A stretch of 64,000 nt of DNA from Amphiscolops sp. MND2022 (taxonomy: Eukaryota), in NCBI GenBank assembly GCA_964187785.1, contig OZ076409.1:46316001-46380000 (forward strand), given 5' to 3'. A program made the translations under genes and the position numbers. The notes under the pieces are model-generated. The model had not been told where the DNA came from. It made no database searches and worked only from the letters and a program-made list of their open reading frames with translations. Of the stretch, positions 1 to 13,196 are shown in pieces; position 1 is the first letter of the stretch; each line of letters opens with the position of its first letter.

Positions 1-215
1 AAAAAAAATCCAAAAATTTTAATTCTAAGCCACTCAATTTTCGAAAACTCAAATTTCAATTGAAAATTTGCATTTTGTAGCTTTTTCAGTATGGGTCACA
101 GAAATTTCAAACAATTTTGTAAACTGGAAAAATTCTAAGAAACTTTTGTAGCTGGCAAATTTTTGTATTCGTGTTAGTTTACGAGATATTTGGTTTTGAA
201 TTTTGCCATTTTAAG
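1..215. repeat. Partial copy of the MITE at 4249-4966
   Basis: Bases 1-215 match 4720-4934, apparently base for base. Confidence 0.85.
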
Positions 216-375
216 GAATCGTGACCACATCGGAAGGTCACGAAGACTAGCTGAAAACTTATGGAAACTGAGCCGCACACCATCGCCCATGTGTACTTGT
301 GGAACGTCAGAGCAGAACAGCTACCACTATTTTTTCTATTGTCCAAATTATTGTAATTTCAGACCCTTTCATCTC
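216..375 (+). mobile_element. 3' fragment of a LINE ORF2 (C-terminal Cys/His motif)
   Basis: LWK...SPMCTCG..EQNSYHYFFYCPNY resembles the ORF2 end at 15918-16050 (SPLCRC...QTVEHILCDCP). Confidence 0.55.
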
Positions 376-414
376 AAAGAGTATCAAACTCGCAAAAAAC
401 CCAAACGATCGAAC

Positions 415-700
415 TGGCGCGCCAGGTGTCCGCTAGCGTGGGACCCTTTCGCATTTTCAACATCCATTGTTGCAAAACATCAAAAAACTGAAACGGAACT
501 CTTTAGCCTCTCCCGGTATTGTATATTACGCGGAAAAAGAGGAAAAACCTTTTCGGTTCAGTTAGGCTAGGCCAAATTATTCAATTTGGGACCATAAAAT
601 TTCGTAGACCTTTCAAGAACTATTTTGGTCAGTTCGTGTGGATTGAAAAAAAGTCACTATAAATAGTCGCGTTTCAGTTCATGAAGCGCCGACTAAAAAG
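415..700 (+). repeat. Fragment of the high-copy GGGACCC repeat family
   Basis: gggaccctttcgcattttcaacatcc... and the ctata..tagtcg...gcgccgactaaaaa end are shared with 46333-48055. Confidence 0.7.
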
Positions 701-1164
701 GTCTTTAATCGTATACTGGATTAATAAATATCCTTCATTCAATGGCGTCTCCGCGTCTCTATTGCTTACTTTTTGACCATAATTTTATAAAAACATGGCG
801 CCCAAGTCAGAAAATTGGTGTGAGCTTTTCGTAATCTATTTTCAACTGACTTAAATTTAGTTACAAAACAACTGCTTAATTGTCAGCAACTACTCAGTCG
901 CTTTCTTCGCATACGAACATTTATTTACCTCAAGTAAACGTAGACACCAAACTACTCTACCTCTCAACGAGCGCCAAGTTAAGGGATCGAACCTTACTCT
1001 GTCTCATCCTGGAAAACTCAGTGGAAAAACAGCATTGAAATGGTGTTAATTTACTTCACTAATTGAGCTATTCTAGGGAAATTGCATTACCAAAAATGGA
1101 ATTGAATATTTGAAGCATCTAAAGAGAGAGAGAGACATTTGAAAGCTAATTTAATCTAAAGTAA

Positions 1165-4100
1165 TCAATCATCCAGTCCACTACTGACATTCCCACTATT
1201 AACGGACTGGTCTGACAGTTGTCTGCTGCCTTGGAAGGCGCCAGAGTTTTGTAGATCACTAAAACAGTAATGAAGGTCAAAGGGCCTCATTGCATTCCAT
1301 GTGATAACTATTCGATAGTTATTACAAAAATATATGCAAGATATTGAAAGGTTTGGCAACCCCTTAGTTGTATTGAATTATGTATGGAATTGAATTTTAT
1401 GCGTAATTTTTGATCGCAAAACATTTTCACTTGATATACTTTCGTTAGCTTGAAGCCTTCTCAAAGAAAAATTGATATTAAATTCTGCGTTGATTTAAAA
1501 CATTGAATATTTTTAAGTTTTGACACGACTAATAAGGAATTTGGAGTTAGCGGCAGCACGAGAAATTTTCAGCCGTGCCATTACCGCTTCAAATAAGCAG
1601 CAACTAATAGAATTCCAAAATCAAAAATTTCCTGTATATACACGGGATTTTAAAATGAATTTTCAAAAAAAACTCCAACCAATGAGCGATTAGCGAAATA
1701 ACGATTTAAATCAACCATTAAGACTACAGTAGCGTTTTAAAATATCACAACGTCATTGCTTAAAATGGCAAAATGGCCCACTTTGTGATTTTTGGCGCAG
1801 AAATTTCAAACAAACTTTTTGTGAACTAGATAAAATTCTAAGAAACTTTTGTAGCTGGCAATTCTTTGTATTTGTGAAGAACTCGAACTAAATGCCAAGA
1901 ATAATTTAGCAAATTTCTAGTCAGAAGTTTTTGACCCAACCTTATAGTTTGCAGAACGACTGAATTGTGTGAAAGATAATTGTCCGTTTGAATGAGCTCT
2001 TTTGATATCTCCTTCACACTAAACATTCAAAAATAACGTTTAACTAAGTTATCAAAACTGTCCATAATTGTCTGGGTAAGTATTGAGAACAATGAGTCCA
2101 AATTTTGACAGAAAAAATATGGAAAAGGACAGTCGGTTTCAGACCATAAAACGATATCTTCAGATAAAATTGAATTAAATTAAATTCAAAACATTAGAGG
2201 CTTGGGTGACGTCACCTTTTGCGCAGACGTTTCTGTTCCTCTTTCATTCTCGAAAACATCTTGCCCATTGAAGGCATGAAAGAGCTCTCAAATATTTCTT
2301 GGTACTTTTCTCGTGCCTGTAAAATAATCAAAAATAATTCAACAGAAAAGCAACTCAAAAACGAAAAAAGGTCAGACGACCAACCTCGACTATGTCTTTG
2401 GTGAGACTCTGGAACTCTTTGTGGAGATCGGAAAGTTGTCTGTTCAGCTCACTCGTTTCCTTATTCACCTCGACTATGTCCAAAAACAAATTTCCAGCGT
2501 GTTCGTGCCAATCTCTGAAATTCTGTTTGAAAGGCTGAAACATGCACACTCATCGGTTAACGTTAAAAGTATTCATTATAATTGTTACTGAAACCTCAAT
2601 TGAAAAGACGTTGACCTATTCAGACAAAAATCGATAACTTTAATGTATCGATTAAAGCCGAACCCTTCGTTTTGGCTCTCAGTAATATTCCTACGATGAA
2701 GAAATTGCAAATGAATATCAAATAGTAGTTTATGTATCATGCACATGTAGATTTTTGGAGCGTTACTTCATTGAACTTCACAAATAAATATTTTTTCCAG
2801 AAAAGGTATCTTTTCGAATTTTGATGCAGACGTGCAAGTTAATAAGGTTTCATTGAAAGTAACCAAATTTTGAAATATGAACCCTTTACTTGAGTAAAGA
2901 AGAATAGACGGGCAAGTTGGAATTTATCAGCACTGGGAAATATTAAACAAAATATTGGCAACTATCCCTATCATTTTCCTTTCCTTCTGTCCGCTTAATC
3001 ACAGGATAAGGAGGAGGAGGCAATGATTCAGGTATGCCCGGAAATTTAAACTAGTCATTGCTCCAGAGAAACTATTAAACATGGAACTATTTGCATTTCG
3101 CACTTCTAGAGGCTCAATTTCAATGCTGAAGGATTTGACTTTGAAAGCTACATCCATAATTTTAACAAACAAAATCGGTATATACTAACATGCATCAAAA
3201 GTATGGCTTCGTTGTACAAACTAATCATTTTCTGCCTGCAACGAAATCACTATAATCAGTCCGATGAAAATATGGAAATTTTTTCTATTAAATTTTTCTC
3301 ACTTTACCTGTAATGTTTTTGATCCATGTTTGCAAATTGACACTGCGCTGAAACAAACGTATGGCTATCCATCAACATTCAATGATGCAATCGCTTTCCA
3401 CAGATGACACAACAGAGGTTATAATATTTCAAGTTCCCGCTCTGAGTAGTTCATTGAGAAATGTTCTCAAGCAACGGAAAGAGTAGCCGAAAATGGTTCC
3501 ACATTATCGGTTCTAGGATATTACGTCCAAAGACATTACGCCCAAAGTGGACATAACAAAATTTTGAATTTTTTTGTATTACTAGGCCTTCCTCCTTCGG
3601 CAAATCCCACCGCTAAACCGGTAATGGCACGTCGCTCCGCTTCGCTTCTGCGCTTAGGGCACTAGAGGTATGCGGCCGTGGCAGATAACGATTGCCTTCT
3701 TTGAACGTTATTTACTTTCACAACTTTTGCACGTTATTAACCGTCAGCATAATTATTGGGCGTAATGTCCAGACACTCACATTATTATAATTCTTGATGA
3801 CATACAGTCTTGTGATTAAAAATGGAACCCCTAATTGATAGTAATGTTTGGAACACCTAATTTTTCTGCCCATATATCTGAAACTTGATTTGCAAAAGAA
3901 ATGTCTTTGATAAAAGTTTCTCGAAATTTGATCTTGTTTATATTAGTGTTTGTTTGAAACTTCTATGACAAATATTGGGGAAATTAGCTCTCAATACCTC
4001 TCTACGTAATATTTGGTTTGCAAACCACGTTTTTCATTTTTGTCTAATTTACAAACAATTTTGATCAATTTTTGTTTATCAACAGGTTTATCGCTGTTCA

Positions 4101-7100
4101 CTGATGGCGATTGAGCTGTCAAATTTTGGATACTTAGTATTTACACGTCTTACGAAAATCTATAAACCTCACTCAATTATTTCCGGTACATGTATTAAGA
4201 TTGGGTATAGATTTAAGACTTATAGTTGTGATTATCCCTTTACATGAACAGTAACGTTCTAAAATACCGCAACTCCATTGGTTGAAATTGAGATTTTCAG
4301 AGCCAAATATCTTTGAAACTGTCACACCCAAAAAATTGTCAGCTACAAAAGAGTCTTAGAATTTTATCAAGTTCACAAAAATGATCGTTTGAAATTTCTG
4401 CGACAAAAATTACAAAAGTTAGAAATTGGAAATTTTGGCAAATTTTCATCAAATTTCCACTTTTTCTTGATTTTCACAAAGTTCCAATCATTTGCCCCCA
4501 AATCTTCCGAGGATGATGATATGATTTGATTGAAAAACTTTTTCGACTTCAAATGAAAATCAATTTTCTAAATGCAATTCTTATAGCCTTTCTTAATACA
4601 TGTACTTCAGTGCTTATAGACAGAAAATACAGTGCATTTTTCTGATTCGAAAGAAATTCTGTAGAAAGAAATCAAAACAATTCAGTAGGTTCGGGAGATT
4701 ATAGGGAGTCTCCGAATGAAAAAAAAATCCAAAAATTTTAATTCTAAGCCACTCAATTTTCGAAAACTCAAATTTCAATTGAAAATTTGCATTTTGTAGC
4801 TTTTTCAGTATGGGTCACAGAAATTTCAAACAATTTTGTAAACTGGAAAAATTCTAAGAAACTTTTGTAGCTGGCAAATTTTTGTATTCGTGTTAGTTTA
4901 CGAGATATTTGGTTTTGAATTTTGCCATTTTAAGCAATGAGGTTGCGATATTTTAGAACCCTACTGTACACTCAAAGGTACGTAAAATTTTCGTGTATTA
5001 TGGGTGCCTTGAACAATATGAAAAAGTAAATTGACCAGCTTCCGCTTCTAGTTTAGACTCTGCAATTGAATTTCCAAAGTCCTTCATGTGAAAATTACTA
5101 TTTGCAAACTTGCCTGTCATTTATAAGGCTTCCAAAATTAGAGGAAAGGAAACTAGACAAAATCCAAGAAACTTTGGAAAATTTGACAGCTTTTGAGCAA
5201 TTCAAAAATTGATTAGGCGTTCCAAACTTAATTATAAAACAAGGGTTCCATTCTTTTATCAAGGACTGTACGCTTGAAAGATACAATCGTTTTTAATAAA
5301 CCAATAAAGAAGCATATATTTCTGTAGTAGCAAACTTTTAGAGCTAGTAGGGAAAAATTCATTTCACAAAACTAATGGAAATTTTTGTGTTACAAAATTA
5401 CAACGCCTCCTTAGTAATCTTTTCAATTTAGTGTAATGAAGTCGAGATGGAAAGAGAGAGTAGAGATGGAAAGATGATTTTTAAAAAATTCGGAAAATGA
5501 ACGATGAAGACAGATTGTAAACAGATCCCAAATGAGATAAAAATCACTGCAACTAACTGAGTGGAAATTGTCTTGCTTTCATTTTTTTCCACGTGGAAAT
5601 GGAGAACCTTTATTCGGGTAAAGCATAAGTGCTTAGAATTATTGCACACTCCAAAAAGGACTCTAATGATAATTCGCAACAGAGAAGTAACATAACAATT
5701 CAAACCTGTGGATAAGATGAAATCTACAAAAATTGACATTCATATTCAAAAGGTCGTTGTATCAAAACTGAGCACACTTTATATTAAAAGAGAATACTAA
5801 CGCTTGTTCTGCAACTTCTGTCTACATATCTTCCCAAAAATTTCTCTAGCATCATGATTAATCAATCCCATCCGTTTCACACTGAAAAAAATCAATACTG
5901 GTGTAAGTTTTGGATGATAATCGCTATTCGAAAGTTGCATTGGATTCAAAATCTATCTTCAGTATTACTAGAGCCCCCCCTAAAAAACATGAACGTTCGA
6001 GTATGGAACGCTCAAAGAAAATTTTTAGTTTTTAATCACTGAACTCGATTCACATAAGTCAAGCCGGAATATTTCATCAAAATATTCGCGGCCTTCTATT
6101 GACAATTCACAGATGAACTCTCAACCGTCGGGTTACGTCATAAGCAAAGAGCAGCTTGAGACCCATTAGCACTCAAAAGGCTTATAAAACTCACCAGCCG
6201 CGGTTTCTATTAGCAAAGAAGGGTAACTCACTCGTCTAGTGTGCACTCGGACCTGGGTTCATTCGTCTTCCACTCCCGAAGAAGCCGGTTGTTCACAATC
6301 TGATCCTCCTTCAGCGCGTCCACTTGTTTAATCAATTCACTCAACGTCTTCTTGTCTTCTTCAAATTTCCGAATGACATCTTCAACGAGCCTGTTCATCT
6401 CTGATAGTCTTTCTACCAACTCCGGTGTTCTAAACATTTCTTTCACTATCCTCGAAATCGAATGGTCGCTGAAACAAAGGCCAGTTTAGATTTAGTGACA
6501 AATGGATGATTGTTGACGAATAGATGAAGTTGCCACTAACTGCTCTCGGAAGAAATGTATAAGTGTGGTGATTGTCTGCGATGCTTGAATCAGCTGTTCG
6601 GCCTTTATTTGTGGTTCCTTGATTTCTTTCCCATTGAGAGATCTAAAAGATTGCAAATAGGAAATATTAGCTTCCTCGTTGAGAGCAAAACCAAATAATC
6701 ATCTAGATGAACTTGAAATTCTGACTCACATAAGAGTATCGATGGCGTTTTTTGTGTGCGTGTACTTGAGATGAAGGTTTTTCACATGGGTATTGATTCT
6801 GTGCAGATCAGCGCAAATTACCTTCGATTTGGCGATCTGATCATGTATGCTAACTGCATCCTGGTAGCTATGTGCGTTAACTAAAACAAAAATAAGGATG
6901 GGATGTTCGGCAATCCCTATCAGGAGCAGGGTTATACACCAAAAATACACCTAAGCTAATATCAAGAAGGAATATTAAATATCTTGCCACAGATGTCCAA
7001 CGAGCCAAAGCGTCTCAAATTTTGATCAACAATTACCATTATTACTTTCGTTTGGAAATCTTATTAAACTAAAAACCAAATGATAAGTGATCCTCACCAA

Positions 7101-10100
7101 TAGATACTTCTTGGGGCAGACAGAACTTCTCTGTAGTGTCGATCAGGACAACGATAGGGTTGTCGGGTGAAGTGGGAGGGAAAGCAGACATGGTCTGTGT
7201 TGAAGGCTGAATCAGAGAGTTGTTGTAAAGGAAGCTCAGCTCAAACGAATTGTTGATATTGAACCGATTGTGGATTCGACTTTTTAACGCAAATTGTCTG
7301 AAACCGAAACAACCAATTTAAACTGTGATGAAGTTTCTATCGATGAGTCATCATCACTCGACGTGCCAAATACACAAACAAGTAACTTTTAGTATTCTCA
7401 ATTCGAGTGGCCACTACAGCCGACTAAAAATTGGGGAGAATGCAGAATAAAGAATGCAAGTCATCACTTCACTTAGTGGCATTAAATGAGTATATTGCTA
7501 ATTGAACTTTTTAAATTCAAACTTCTGGAACTCTTTCAGGAACTAACGTGTCCAAGCTGTTCATGTAAAGTCTATCCAGAACACCAGAGCGAAGAACAAA
7601 CACGTGTATGATAACTTTCTTGAGCATGTTTTGCACTGACTCGAAGAACTTGTCAAAGCCCCAAGCCCGCTCCGTGTTCACCTCCATGATGCCGGCCAAA
7701 ATGGGCTCCAACAGGTCTTTGCAGTCCTGACAACAAGATTTATTTGTAATATGCAATACTTACTTTTCCGAAAGCCATTAGCGTTAGAATGATCAAAGGA
7801 ACTAAAAGCTACGATCGCTCACCAAATTAAAATAAACAATCCAAAAGGAACCGCTGACACGCCCCTATACACCAAAAACATGACGTAAAAAATACATGAC
7901 GCAACTAATTTCAGGAAACCTTGCCTGAGAGAGTTGACACTCATTGGGCAGGTGATTGGAATAGTGAATCGGGCCGTTTTTGAAGTACTGCCTGCCTGAT
8001 ATCACTCCACACCTCTTTTCTTCAATGATTTTGAACATGAGATCTGGATTTTTCCTGCCATCAAATGGCTGAAAAGGTAGTTGCCCTGTTGCAGCGTGAT
8101 AGAAAGTGGCACCGATGCTCCACAGATCCACAGTAGACTTGAATGATTGCGTCGTTCCTTCTCTCAGAACTGCTCTCTGGTACATCAGGGGAAACTAAAA
8201 AGCACCGTGTTAACAATAGGGCACCCCGTTGAAAGTGCATAAGTAGGAAGCGATTTGGAAAAAAAGTTGGAGAAAAAAACGGATGAAATCTTACAATTGA
8301 GAAAACAGCCCGGAAGCGCCAAGCAAGTCCGCGGCCTGTTGAAGACTCAAACACATCTTAACGGATGAATTCAAAAGATTCAAAATCGTTAAGACAATAA
8401 AATAAAAATCCGTCAAAATGCTCAAAAAACTATTTTAAATACAATGCTTCAAATCATACAATGCTTCTAACAATGCATCAAATCGTTACAAAAGTCGTGA
8501 CAAAAAACAATTTGCTTGAAAACGGGGTTTATCCACGAAATGTAATTCTAAAACATTCAAGCTCTGATTTCACGTTTTCCATGGAACATGAAATTTTCTA
8601 AGACCTGATTACTCTAGGGCACAAAAATCAAAACGACGTTATATTTGCATAGTATGTCGACAGTTTAAAATCCGCCATGTGCTTGAATATCTCACTTCTT
8701 AACCATGATCATCCAACTTATCTAATGAAACAAAAGCAAATATTTGATTCGTTACGTGGATGACGTTGTGATACATTGAAACAACTGAATTCTAGAACAT
8801 TTCTGAACCCAATTTGAGATACTCGTAGCATTTTGAGTTCCAATAACTAGTTTACTAGCCACTGCAGACAAACCGTGTGGATAAACTCTACCAAAACTCT
8901 GTATTAATTCAAACTTTTGAACTAAGAAGCGATGAATTTTCTGTGGTGAAGAGAAGTAAAGTTAAATAGTTTTACAAAAAATAAGTCGTAGCTAAGGCCC
9001 GAAACTTTTTTTGGTTTGGATTTGAGGCCCTGGGCTAGCAAAAACACTTACAAGGTATTCAGGAGTGCCGTGTAGTGACTGAAAAGACTGGTCCTCTCGG
9101 AGGAATGTTGCAGCACCAAAATCTGTCAGCTTATAGACATTGCCAGGAACCCCGTTGGAATTTCTGGTTACTCGCATTATATTGCCAGGCTTCAAGTCTC
9201 TGTGTGCGACTTTCTTCTCCCTCAAATGGTTCATGCCAGCAGCTAAAACGGTACATCGCTTACATTATTGTCTTATCGGGTTCAATGGATTACCGCTTGT
9301 CGCTAAAGCGGTACCGCTTACGAACTGAATTCTGACTCAAAAATGAAACAAAAATGGTAGATCTTAACGTCCAAACAAGTGCTTAATAATGGTCAAATTA
9401 CGAGATAGCAATAACAAAACGAGTTACAACTAAAGGAATGGCACGGATTTTGCAGTAACTTCAGCATTAAAAATACTTGGCTGTATAGATTTCAAATTAG
9501 GTAATAAGGAACTCACCTACATCGCGAATAACAGCCAACAACTCTTCCTCACACAACCCGTAATGATTTTCAGGGTCCTCCAAAATTGAGAAAAGACACC
9601 CTCCAGAACAAAGCTCCATCACAATTATGGGATTATTTTGACACTGAAAAGATAGCAATAAATTATTATCCGATGTTTTGACACAGAGGCGAAGCGGTGC
9701 TTCGCAACACATGACGAAGACATCGATTATTTTAATATGCGTATATATATTATTTTAATCGCATGCGTATATATTCAACAGTTCAACTTTGTTCAATTCG
9801 TATATATTCAACAGTTCAACTTTGTTCAATAACGTCCCTATGGCACAGTGGTCAACACTTATGCCGTGCAGTCGGGAGGCTGCAGGTTCGAATCTCTCTG
9901 GGGTTTTGGCTTTATTCTAAAAAGCGCTCATTATGAAGTTGACTATTGTGGAAAAAAAAACTTTCTTAGCTGGACTGCAATGCACATTGACTTCGTCATG
10001 TGCAAAAACACGACCGAAGGAACTGTTTTCTTAACAATTGATTGCATGTCAAAGAAAGTTTTGTTGGCTCAAAATGAGGCTCTCCCAAAACATTCTAAAA

Positions 10101-12343
10101 GCTATCAGACGGCTATAGTTTCTCAGGATTTTAAGATCGGAGTCAAAAAATACTTCAAAAGAATCTGAATACCGTTTAATATGAAAAAATTTCAAGATTC
10201 TTGGTAACTGTAGTAGATTTCAGGCATATTCCGAAAAAAAATAAACTTTTTGAGTTTTCCATAAAGACTATTTTTAAACTTAAAAAATAATTTTGCGTTA
10301 TTTTCGATCAAGTAATTCTCCAAAAGGAAACAATACAATCTCAAAAAATGGCTCACCTAAATCAATCTAAAGGTTATCTTGCAATCGGGACTATTTCCAA
10401 AAAAATGAGTGAAAAATGCCTTTGAATGTCTAAATTCGACTTATGAACAGTGCCCTGTTTACCATTAGCAAATTTTTCATGCAATTTTAGACTTCATTGA
10501 GTTTAACGCAATTTGGCATTACATCTAATTGATCAATCTTCATCGAATTACTAACATTGAATGAAAGCAAAAAAGTTGGATTTCGAATATTTTCTTTTCG
10601 TCAGCAGTTTTTATTTTATCCGGCTCTAGGCAGAGGTGATATTTTGATACATTTAATTATTTTAAATGATAAACCAAATTAAATGGTCAACGCTTGGAGG
10701 GTTGAACCAAAAACCACACAATTATTCTATTTCCTGCCAAGCATTTTGATGCGATTTCACCTATCCAGTAGAGAAAATCAAGCAATGTGCAAGGAATCTG
10801 ACAGCCGCTCTTCTTTGGAAATATTAAAGTAGGATTATGAAGAAAACAAGCAAGGAACGGAAACGAGTGTTTTCGATAAGGTGCAAAAAGAAAACTTTTC
10901 TATTATAAGACATGAACATGCATTGCGTGCAAAACGCAACAAACTCATGAAGATGAATAAATTCAGACATAGCAAACTGTGAGTATCGCCAAATCCCATT
11001 TGCTCTCGAAATAAATATAAATCAACTTACATCATGCTCGACAGCCAAAATTTTCACAATGTTCTCATGATTTAGAGCCTGCAATACGTTGCTTTCCAAC
11101 TCTATTCTGCTGTCGTGAGGGTAATTGAACGTCTTGATAGCAACCGAGTCACCTTTCTCCTAAAAAGAAGATATCCAAAATCAGATTGAAACGCACTGGG
11201 TGAAAGGTAGCTCAAGAATACGAATTGAATAATAGAGAAAAAAACGATAAAGCATCAAAAAACATATCGTATCTTGTGTGACGGAGAAAAGCAAAAATAA
11301 AACCCACAAAAGACTATGAACAGCCGGAAAAAAATGAATCAGTCACTACTGATGTAAGCAAAGCATTGGCTTTTAAATAAATTTTTTCCCGTTGTTACTT
11401 GCTCCGGCCACTCACCTCGATTGAGCATGCAGTTAGCAGTTCAGGGGATACCACTTTTCATATTGATAAAAATGAAATCAACAAACAATTGAAAATGCTC
11501 AACACCAGCAAAACCCAAGTTTTCCTACGGACCGTAAGAACCAGACCAACTGAATGAAGCCCCTGTCCTCAAATAAAGATTGTAACTACCCGATTCAATG
11601 GAAACAAGATTGCTTCACCGCTTCCTTAAAGGCAGAAATGGCAATTTTATGACTCTCTTGGAATTTTCCAAGGCCTTCGACAAAATCAAAAATAAGATAG
11701 TGCTCATAAAATGGACTTTACTATTATGTGATCAAACCAGACAATCGATAGATATCAATAATAAAAATTGCAGCCAAGTGGTCATGCTTTGGTCGACTTG
11801 AAGCTGTGATTTCAAAGTCACTTGATATCAACACGGTCGAATTACTCTTGCGTTCTTCCTTTCGAGAAATTTTTCGTGTCAAAAACTAAGTTTTCCAAAA
11901 GCGTGCTGGATAGCTAATCTCGTCGTTCAACAGTGAATATTCACACCCACTACTGCATTTAGAAAACTGTACAAATATCGCATCAAACGGTCAAAATTTT
12001 CAGTTATTTTAGACATTTCGTTCAAAAAAGTTCATACATTTCCACACTACACATGCTACGGTCCTAATTTTATGTTAGCTGACTTCTATGCAAGAACCTC
12101 TATAGTTGGGTACGAAAATGAAACGACAAAATTGGGGTAGAAACGCGGCTGAGTTATATGTCATACATGAAATATGCGGACGGAAAACGATATTCTTGGA
12201 AATTGAATCATCCAAATAAATTTAACGTAACTCACTTTATGTTTGCCTTGATAAACATATGATGTGACTCCTGCCCCAAGAAGATTGCTTTTCTCAATAG
12301 ACCACACATACGAACTGCTCCACTGATACGGACTTGCCGTCAT
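1165..12343 (-). CDS. TBK1: TBK1/IKK-epsilon-like Ser/Thr kinase, multi-exon gene (kinase domain, ubiquitin-like domain, coiled-coil scaffold)
   Basis: Exons joined by hand with consistent phases: 12343-12236, 11159-11031, 9643-9517, 9242-9052, 8194-7925, 7726-7548, 7297-7098, 6880-6730, 6642-6541, 6468-6232, 5881-5802, 5705-5558 (or 5705-5692 + 5607-5558), 3347-3308, 2534-2385, 2316-2216, 1258-1165 (TGA). Motifs [94 protein letters not shown] and [10 protein letters not shown] are typical of TBK1/IKKe. The 3' exons are less certain than the kinase exons. Confidence 0.9.
1727..1875. repeat. Terminal fragment of the same CAGT-ended MITE family
   Basis: tacagtagcgttttaaaatatcacaacgtcattgcttaaaatggcaaaa is the reverse complement of the 4920-4968 end. 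Confidence 0.6.
4249..4966. mobile_element. Tc1/mariner-like MITE in a TBK1 intron
   Basis: Imperfect TIRs cagtaacgttctaaaataccgcaactccattg / caatgaggttgcgatattttagaaccctactg; TA follows the right end. Confidence 0.65.
6232..6468 (-). CDS. TBK1: TBK1-like coiled-coil/scaffold exon
   Basis: TTTCAG acceptor, heptad-rich frame, GTGAGT donor; phase fits both neighbouring exons. Confidence 0.75.
7548..7726 (-). CDS. TBK1: TBK1-like exon 6 (kinase end / ubiquitin-like domain start)
   Basis: [11 protein letters not shown]...AWGFDKFF...IIHVF; GTTAGT donor. Confidence 0.88.
7925..8194 (-). CDS. TBK1: TBK1-like exon 5
   Basis: MYQRAVLR...[20 protein letters not shown]; ends at an inferred GC donor (CAG|GCAAG). 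Confidence 0.88.
9052..9242 (-). CDS. TBK1: TBK1-like exon 4 (catalytic loop, DFG, activation loop)
   Basis: GMNHLR...[10 protein letters not shown]...YKLTDFGAA...[15 protein letters not shown] donor. Confidence 0.92.
9517..9643 (-). CDS. TBK1: TBK1-like exon 3
   Basis: TTTCAG acceptor, [31 protein letters not shown] donor. Confidence 0.9.
9834..9905 (+). mobile_element. tRNA-derived SINE head or tRNA pseudogene
   Basis: A box tggcacagtggtc and B box ggttcgaatc at tRNA spacing; no clean cloverleaf; preceded by a ~33-bp tandem duplication (~9766-9830). Confidence 0.5.
11031..11159 (-). CDS. TBK1: TBK1-like exon 2 (VAIK lysine, alphaC)
   Basis: TTTTTAG acceptor, [13 protein letters not shown]...[21 protein letters not shown] donor. 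Confidence 0.88.
12236..12343 (-). CDS. TBK1: TBK1-like exon 1 (Gly-rich loop)
   Basis: ATG...[25 protein letters not shown] followed by a GTGAGT donor. Confidence 0.88.
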
Positions 12344-12758
12344 TGCAAGGAGTTTTTTAGACCAAAATCAAACCTGAAAACACTTGAAATTTATGTAAAA
12401 CCTGAAATTTCATGTAGTTTACAATGATGTTTGTTATTCATTGGGCTTGAGGTCTCAACTTTCCTTTCAAGTGATGATGTATTTCAAGAATTGATGCAAT
12501 GTTTGCTAAGACCTAGAAAATCTCAGTTTTCTCCACAACAAACATCAGGAGAAAATCTACAATCTTGGAAATGGAAATACCCAATCTACAATACCCAATC
12601 TTAATACATTTAAAATGAATCCGAAATGTAAACTTTCACTGGAATTGTCAAGCTGAGTCTTCTACAGAAAAAACAACAGACTGTAGACCCCATCTCATTT
12701 AGAAAAATCAACAAAAATCAAAATCAAAGCTAACATTATCTAAAAATCAACTCCCGAT

Positions 12759-13196
12759 CAGGGCTGGCAGTATCTCACGGAAAAATATCTAAAAATACAC
12801 GCGCTATTTCACGGAATTTTTAAAGCATTTACACGCTCATTTTCAGGGATTTTACTTGATTACACGACTATTTCACGGAGAAATAAAAACAAAAATGATG
12901 ATGAAAATTTGTAATTTTTCGGCGTTGAAGATCACCTGTCGTCTTACAGAACATTGTTGAAGTGCGCAATTAATTGCTCAACATCCGCCGAAGCTCATTT
13001 TCAATGTTCTTTCTTTCAATTTCATTCGCATTCAAATTTGTTTCGAAACTTGATTTTTGAGTGAACAAACTGACCAATTACGCGCGCTTCATCAAACAAG
13101 TTGATCAATCACACGCAGCGCGTCACGGAATTAATCAATCAACCGATTACACGCAAATTACACGGAGTTTTATGCCGTGAATGACTGCTAGCCTTG
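12759..13196. mobile_element. hAT-type MITE between PBK and TBK1
   Basis: TIRs cagggctggcagt / actgctagccttg, perfect 8-bp TSD CTCCCGAT, subterminal CACG repeats. Confidence 0.85.

Noticed and set aside
6881..6950. Upstream acceptor at 6951 for TBK1 exon 8
   Set aside because: It gives an in-frame stop in the required phase; the acceptor at 6881 fits.
9834..9905. Functional tRNA
   Set aside because: A and B boxes are present, but the acceptor and anticodon stems do not pair convincingly.
11390..11460. U1 snRNA or snoRNA-like stretch (caggggatacc)
   Set aside because: The match is too short, with no ATACTTACCTG 5' end or Sm site.
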